A program made the translations under genes and the position numbers. A stretch of 64,000 nt of DNA from contig CAYFJV010000001.1 of NCBI GenBank assembly GCA_964343575.1, positions 224,705 through 288,704 of the forward strand, written 5' to 3'. The notes under the pieces were generated by a model, which saw nothing but the letters and a program-made list of their open reading frames with translations, did no database searches and was not told the origin of the DNA. Every line of letters starts with the position of its first letter. The first letter of the stretch is position 1. Positions 58,996 to 64,000 of the stretch are shown piece after piece. This stretch comes from an uncultured Methanosarcinales archaeon (lineage in GTDB: Archaea > Nanobdellota > Nanobdellia > Woesearchaeales > GW2011-AR9).

Positions 58996-59097
58996 GTCAG
59001 GAAGGAAGGCGGGAAACCAAAAGAGGCGTTGTGTTTTTATGCAACAGGGGGTGTGGGAAAGGATTCCCGCCAAGCCTTCCATTAACATGTGTTTGTT
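58996..59097 (-). ncRNA. Candidate structured RNA (sRNA or long leader); strand inferred from promoter
   Basis: GC-rich nested stems 59000-59005/59075-59080, 59008-59015/59064-59071 and 59028-59031/59042-59045, downstream of GGAAC-box promoter D. Confidence 0.45.
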
Positions 59098-59110
59098 GAA
59101 GTTTTCTAAA

Positions 59111-59150
59111 GCGGAACGATACTTAATTATTGGGCGGAACGATGGTGAAT
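59111..59150 (-). promoter_or_regulatory. TATA-like element plus GGAAC/GTTCC box cluster D
   Basis: GCGGAACGAT direct repeat at 59111 and 59134 flanking ACTTAATTAT; TGAAT at 59146. Confidence 0.65.
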
Positions 59151-59191
59151 AAAGGAAAAAGTAATAAATAAGCTATTATCAGTGGTGAATC

Positions 59192-59446
59192 ATGAGTTCA
59201 GGCAGGGAGCGAGAAAGACTATGGGTCTACAAAGGGAGGACAGAACTTCCTGAGGGAACTGTTTTCTTGCTAGAGAGAGATTTTCTTGAACAAGCAGGGG
59301 CTCTGAGAGAAGTTGGTGTCCCACCAAGAGATAGTGTAGGAACAGGTGCTTGTTTACTTTATGCTAGCCAAGAAGAGATCAAAGCAGGAAGGAGATCCCT
59401 AGGTAGAGGAGTGAGAACTTTTTATTTCACGGGAGAAGAGGAGTGA
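59192..59446 (+). CDS. Small hypothetical protein
   Basis: 84-aa R/G/E-rich ORF; GGTGA upstream. Confidence 0.55.
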   Translation: MSSGRERERLWVYKGRTELPEGTVFLLERDFLEQAGALREVGVPPRDSVGTGACLLYASQEEIKAGRRSLGRGVRTFYFTGEEE

Positions 59447-59514
59447 TCTTTCCTGAGAAAAACTTGTTTCTATAAGCAGAAGCTTTTTAAAGCGCGCCTT
59501 CGGATCTCTTTTAA

Positions 59515-61887
59515 ATGGTTGAGTTGATTATCACCGAGAAACCAAGCTCGGCAAGAAAGGTTGCTGCTGCTCTTGCAGATGGGAAACCAATTCAAAAAAA
59601 GGGGAGTAAACAAGCTTCTTACTTTGAGTTAACTCATAACGGGAAAGACATTTTCGTTACCTCAGCAGTTGGCCACCTTTATGGTTTAGCTGAAATTGGT
59701 AATTCAAACTGGGGATATCCTGTTTTTGAGATTCAATGGCAAGCATCAAACAAAGGATCAAAGGAGCTTAAGTATGTTGGTGAGTATATTAAAACCATTG
59801 AAATGCTTTCTAAGAAAGCAGATGAGTTCACTATTGCATGCGACTATGATGTAGAAGGAGAAGTTATTGGTTTGAATGTTGTACGTTTTGCTTGTAAACA
59901 AAAAGATGCAAACCGAATGAAGTTTTCTACCTTAACTAAAGGTGATTTAGTGAAGTCTTATGAGAACAAGATGAAGCACCTTGACTGGGGACAAGCTTAC
60001 GCAGGTGAGACTCGCCACAAGTTAGATTGGTTCTATGGAATTAATCTGAGTAGGGCACTTACTGGAGCGGTAAAAGCTGCTGGAAGTTTTAAAGTGATGA
60101 GTGCTGGTCGAGTGCAGGGACCTGCTTTGAAATTACTTGTTGATCGTGAGCGTCAAATTCAATCGTTCAAACCAGAGCCTTTCTGGCAGATTAGTTTGAA
60201 TGGAAAGTATGCTGGACCTGGAAGTGGTGGTTCTGGGGCAGGAGTGGAGGCTTGGCACAAAGCAGATAAGATCTTTGATAAGCAAGAAGCGGAGCGCGCA
60301 TTTACTGCTGCATCTTCGGCTAAGGAAGCAAAGGTAACTGAAATCAAACGTGCAAAGAGAAATCAGCGTCCGCCAACACCATTTAACTTAACTGATTTGC
60401 AATCAGAATCTTATGGACAGTTTAAAATCACACCAAAAGAAACACTTGCCTTAGCGCAGAGTTTGTATTTAGCTGGAGTTACTTCTTATCCACGTACTTC
60501 TTCACAGCAGCTTGATCCTAAATTAGGTTTTAAGAAAATCTTGCAGGATCTCAGTCGAAATCCACAGTACGAAATGCTTGCAAAGAAGTTGCTTGGCAAA
60601 GGGAGTTTGAAACCAAACAATGGGAAGAAAAGTGACCCTGCACACCCGGCAATTTATCCTACTGGACAGGTTCCTTCTGGACTTAAACCACGTGAACAAA
60701 AAGTCTATGATTTAATTGTTAAACGATTTATGGCAACCTTTGCTGACGCGGCAGTTCGTGAGACTATGACTGTTTCTCTTGATGCGAACGGCGAGCCTTT
60801 TATCGCAAAAGGGACACGAACTATTGAAGAGAATTGGCATGTGTTCTACAAGCCTTATGTACGACTTGAGGAAGTAAGTCTACCAGATATGAAAGAAGGT
60901 GGTGTTGTGGGTTCACTTAAGGTTGAGAAGCATGATAAAGAAACACAGCCACCAAAGCGTTACAATCAATCAAGTATCATTAAGGAACTTGAGAAGCGTA
61001 ACTTGGGGACTAAGGCAACTCGAGCAGACATTCTTGATCGTTTGTTTAAGCGAGGTTATGTTGAAGGAGTAAAAATTACTGTTTCTAAATTTGGTATGGA
61101 GACCATTGGTATCTTAGAGAAGTTTGCTCCAACCATTATTGATGAGAAGTTGACTAGTGATTTTGAAGAATCTATGGAAAAGATTCGCCAAGGTAAAGAG
61201 AAAGAAGAGAAGGTTCTTGATAAGGCAAAGAAATTTTTGATGGGACTTCTTGGTGATTTTAAGAAAAAAGAAGCTGAGATTGGAAAGGAGATCATTGGCT
61301 CTATTCGTGATACTCGTGATGCAGCAAACTATATGGGAAAATGTCCTGTGTGTAAAGAAGGTCGTTTAATGTCTCGAATGGGAAAGTTTGGAAGGTTTAT
61401 TGCTTGCGACAAATATCCTGATTGTAAAACCACTTTTAATGTTCCAAAATCTGGGAAGTTAGTGTTTACCGGGCAAACTGATGAAGAAGGCTATTCTATT
61501 TTAGAGATTGGTACAGGTCGGCGTAAGACTCAGTTTAGTTTGAAGTCACAGATGGCTACCCGTGGAGGTGAAGCTGTTGCTAAGAAGGACGTTGAGGAGG
61601 AGAAGAAGTATCCTGAGCAAAATATGACTTGCCCTACTTGTGGGAAGGGTAAGATGGTACTTCGTAAGAGCGTGTATGGAGAGTTCTTAGGCTGTAACAA
61701 TTATCCAAAGTGTCAGACAATGATGCGTATTGTAGAAGGTAAGGTTGATGTAGACAAACCGATTGTTCGTGATCCTTCTAAGAAAAAGAGTGTGAAACGT
61801 AAGAAAGCTGTAAAGAAAAAGAAAACAGTGAAAAGAAAAACAACTAAGAGGAAGGTTGCTAAAAAGAAGGCGACTGCGAAAAAATGA
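59515..61887 (+). CDS. topA: DNA topoisomerase I (type IA)
   Basis: TEKPS, VGHL, DYDVEGE, SAGRVQ, SYPRT, AHPAI, GTKATR, zinc ribbons and Lys-rich tail. Confidence 0.98.
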   Translation: MVELIITEKPSSARKVAAALADGKPIQKKGSKQASYFELTHNGKDIFVTSAVGHLYGLAEIGNSNWGYPVFEIQWQASNKGSKELKYVGEYIKTIEMLSKKADEFTIACDYDVEGEVIGLNVVRFACKQKDANRMKFSTLTKGDLVKSYENKMKHLDWGQAYAGETRHKLDWFYGINLSRALTGAVKAAGSFKVMSAGRVQGPALKLLVDRERQIQSFKPEPFWQISLNGKYAGPGSGGSGAGVEAWHKADKIFDKQEAERAFTAASSAKEAKVTEIKRAKRNQRPPTPFNLTDLQSESYGQFKITPKETLALAQSLYLAGVTSYPRTSSQQLDPKLGFKKILQDLSRNPQYEMLAKKLLGKGSLKPNNGKKSDPAHPAIYPTGQVPSGLKPREQKVYDLIVKRFMATFADAAVRETMTVSLDANGEPFIAKGTRTIEENWHVFYKPYVRLEEVSLPDMKEGGVVGSLKVEKHDKETQPPKRYNQSSIIKELEKRNLGTKATRADILDRLFKRGYVEGVKITVSKFGMETIGILEKFAPTIIDEKLTSDFEESMEKIRQGKEKEEKVLDKAKKFLMGLLGDFKKKEAEIGKEIIGSIRDTRDAANYMGKCPVCKEGRLMSRMGKFGRFIACDKYPDCKTTFNVPKSGKLVFTGQTDEEGYSILEIGTGRRKTQFSLKSQMATRGGEAVAKKDVEEEKKYPEQNMTCPTCGKGKMVLRKSVYGEFLGCNNYPKCQTMMRIVEGKVDVDKPIVRDPSKKKSVKRKKAVKKKKTVKRKTTKRKVAKKKATAKK

Positions 61888-62648
61888 GTTTAGCAATCAT
61901 TGGAATTGGTCTTTGTAATGAAAAAGATATCACTGTTCGTGGACTTGAGTTGGTGCGTGGAGCTGATGTGGTGTATCTGGAGAATTATACTTCGCTTTTA
62001 CAGTGTTCTGTTTCTGATCTTGAAGAGTTTTATGGAAAAAAAATTATTCTCTCTGATCGAGCTATGAGTGAGCAAGGTGTTGGGAAGATCCTTGATGAAG
62101 CGGTTTCTAGGAAAGTTGTGTTTTTAGTTATTGGGGATGGTATGAGTGCAACCACACATTCTGACATTTGGAAAGAGGCAGTTGAGAAGGAAGTTAGTGT
62201 GGAGGTTGTTGGTAATGCGTCTGTTTTGACTGCAGTTGGCATTACTGGTCTGCAACTCTATAAGTTTGGGAAGACCACAAGCATTCCTTACTTGGATGAG
62301 CATCCTGAGCTTGTTACTCCTTACATGGTGCTTGCTGAGAATTTGAAAATGGACTTGCATACTTTATGTTTGCTTGATATCAAGGCTGATGTTGGGCGCT
62401 TTATGACCGTTGCTGAAGGAATTACTGTGCTTGAAGATATTGAGAAGCGTGAAGGTGGAGGAATTGTTTCTGATGATTTGTTTGTAGTTGCTTGTGCTCG
62501 ATTAGGTTGCTCTGATTTTGTTGTAAGGAGTGGTCGCTTGGCTGATGTCAAGAAGATTGATTTTGGTAAACAACCGCATTGTTTGATTATCCCTGGAAAG
62601 ATGCATTTCTTAGAAGAAGAAATTTTAGAAGTGCATAATAAGAGATAA
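61884..62648 (+). CDS. dph5: Diphthine synthase
   Basis: [24 protein letters not shown] and HTLCLLDI motifs. Confidence 0.97.
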   Translation: MSLAIIGIGLCNEKDITVRGLELVRGADVVYLENYTSLLQCSVSDLEEFYGKKIILSDRAMSEQGVGKILDEAVSRKVVFLVIGDGMSATTHSDIWKEAVEKEVSVEVVGNASVLTAVGITGLQLYKFGKTTSIPYLDEHPELVTPYMVLAENLKMDLHTLCLLDIKADVGRFMTVAEGITVLEDIEKREGGGIVSDDLFVVACARLGCSDFVVRSGRLADVKKIDFGKQPHCLIIPGKMHFLEEEILEVHNKR

Positions 62649-62680
62649 GTTTAAATTCTCTGTTTGTTCTTGGTTTTTTG

Positions 62681-63016
62681 ATGACAGAACAAATTAGTTA
62701 TGATGATTTTAGAAAGGTCGATCTTAGAATTGGCAGCATTGTTAAAGTAGAAGATTTTCCCGAAGCTCGTAAGCCAGCGTATAAACTGGAGATTGACCTT
62801 GGTGAATTAGGAGTTAAGAAATCAAGTGCGCAGATTACTGCAGAGTATAACAAAGAAGAACTGCTTGGCAAGCAAGTTATTTGTGTAGTAAATTTTCCTA
62901 AAAAACAAATTGGTCCTTTAATGTCCGAGGTCCTGACTACTGGCTTTGATGGTGAGCAAGGGGTTGTGATCGCTACCGTTGATAAGAAAGTTGAGAATGG
63001 GAAAAGGTTGTATTGA
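62681..63016 (+). CDS. csaA: CsaA-type tRNA-binding protein/chaperone
   Basis: [22 protein letters not shown] and VVNFP.KQIG..MSEVL motifs. Confidence 0.92.
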   Translation: MTEQISYDDFRKVDLRIGSIVKVEDFPEARKPAYKLEIDLGELGVKKSSAQITAEYNKEELLGKQVICVVNFPKKQIGPLMSEVLTTGFDGEQGVVIATVDKKVENGKRLY

Positions 63017-63042
63017 GCTTAGCCTTAAGATGGGGGGTAAGA

Positions 63043-63072
63043 TTTAAATAAACTGGTATCTTTTGGTATCTT
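63043..63072 (+). promoter_or_regulatory. TA promoter with tandem operator
   Basis: TTTAAATA at 63043-63050, then TGGTATCTT twice (63054, 63064) abutting the ATG. Confidence 0.7.
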
Positions 63073-63318
63073 ATGAACACACAAGTTAATGTAAGGTTAC
63101 CAGAAGAATTTCTTTCTAAAGCAGAGAAATACGCTTCTAAAAATGGTTTTGGAAATGTCCAAGAATTGATCAAAGAAGCACTTCGCGAAAAGATTTTCAG
63201 TGAAGTTTCTTTACCTAAGGAAGAGATTATGCTTGTTAAAAAGCTGCTTAAGGTAAGTAGGGAACGAAATCTTTTCGGAACTGAAGAAGAACTTTTTAAG
63301 AAACTTAAGAAAAAATAG
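63073..63318 (+). CDS. Ribbon-helix-helix (CopG-like) antitoxin candidate
   Basis: QVNVRLPEE...GF.NVQELIKEALRE. Confidence 0.8.
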   Translation: MNTQVNVRLPEEFLSKAEKYASKNGFGNVQELIKEALREKIFSEVSLPKEEIMLVKKLLKVSRERNLFGTEEELFKKLKKK

Positions 63319-63323
63319 TTCTT

Positions 63324-63626
63324 ATGAATTATTTTCTTAAGCCAACTCATTTCTTTCTTGAGCAACTGGAAGCTTTGGATAATAAAACAATAAGAATTCT
63401 TGAGAGAAAGTTTATACTTCTAAAAGAGAATCCCTTCCGGTTTAAGAGGATTAAAGGATTTGATCTCCTACTCTTTAGAGTTCGTTTCGAGGATAAGCGT
63501 AAGGAAAAAAGAGTAATTTATTTAGTTAATGGAAGAGAAGTAGAACTCTTGTGTATTCTTGACAGAGACAAAGAGTATAAAGATCTCAGAAGATATTTGA
63601 GAAATCTAAAGAATTACAAAACTTGA
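63324..63626 (+). CDS. RelE/ParE-like toxin candidate
   Basis: Basic 100-aa protein, NP.R.K.I.G...FRVR....RVIY....V.L..I.DR...Y pattern, directly after the RHH gene. Confidence 0.75.
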   Translation: MNYFLKPTHFFLEQLEALDNKTIRILERKFILLKENPFRFKRIKGFDLLLFRVRFEDKRKEKRVIYLVNGREVELLCILDRDKEYKDLRRYLRNLKNYKT

Positions 63627-64000
63627 TTATAGTCCATCACAAAGGCAGCTTGGATCGGGGCAGTTTTTTCATAGAGATATACGAGAGTTCTTTTCTGTGG
63701 ATCAAGCATCATATTCTTGAACTGTTCTCTTTTTTGCATACTCATTTTGTTTAAGTCTCTGCTGCCACCTGCCGCGGATTCGTAAACCATTTGCTGTACT
63801 GATTCTCTGGCTTCTGCATTGGACATTAATCCTTTATCACTTCTTTCTTGTGTTTGTTGCTTGTTTGACTGGTAAGCTTCGATTGCCTCGGGCGAGTTTG
63901 AATTTCTTGCAAAACTGTATTGTCCCGTTCCTTGTTGAAAAGGGTCTGCAAGTGAAGGGTTGAAGTAAGCAAGAGAGTTCTCATTGTAATCTGTGTGCGT
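63614..64000 (-). CDS. C-terminal part of a hypothetical protein (start outside window)
   Basis: Frame is open from 64000 to the stop at 63614 (THTDYNENSLAYF...YNQVL). Confidence 0.6.
   Translation of the reverse strand, partial: THTDYNENSLAYFNPSLADPFQQGTGQYSFARNSNSPEAIEAYQSNKQQTQERSDKGLMSNAEARESVQQMVYESAAGGSRDLNKMSMQKREQFKNMMLDPQKRTLVYLYEKTAPIQAAFVMDYNQVL

Noticed and set aside
58927..59088. 53-aa minus-strand ORF across the GC-rich hairpin
   Set aside because: No recognisable protein features; the composition is better explained by RNA structure.
61770..61887. Lys-rich tails (topA, phosphoesterase, patatin N-terminus) as separate histone-like genes or DNA repeats
   Set aside because: They are in-frame low-complexity extensions, common in such proteins.

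Overview
Chromosomal segment of a small-genome archaeon, most likely DPANN/Woesearchaeota-like. This is inferred from archaeal dph5, taw1, pfdA, an Nmd3-like gene, ATP-dependent ligase, topA and ftsY, together with bacterial-type uvrA/uvrB/uvrC, mostly leaderless TATA promoters and many lipoprotein/surface genes. No rRNA, tRNA, CRISPR array, integrase or transposase was recognised. Housekeeping genes are interleaved with divergent ORFans and signalling-type genes: three unrelated kinase folds, a degenerate histidine kinase/receiver pair, a divergent RelA/SpoT-like nucleotidyltransferase and a membrane-anchored JAMM protease. The best candidate for an undescribed system is a putative cell-envelope sensing regulon. 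It has two tandem modules (54.7-58.9 kb), each an ectodomain-TM-winged-helix regulator overlapping a secreted protein with an 8-Cys domain. Tandem GGAAC/GTTCC boxes with a 10-bp period occur at four promoters, three of them at an identical distance from the TATA box. Two candidate small RNAs lie next to those boxes; one is a ~60-nt RNA whose 5' end is complementary to a Shine-Dalgarno plus AUG. All calls come from reading motifs by eye; no database search or folding program was run.
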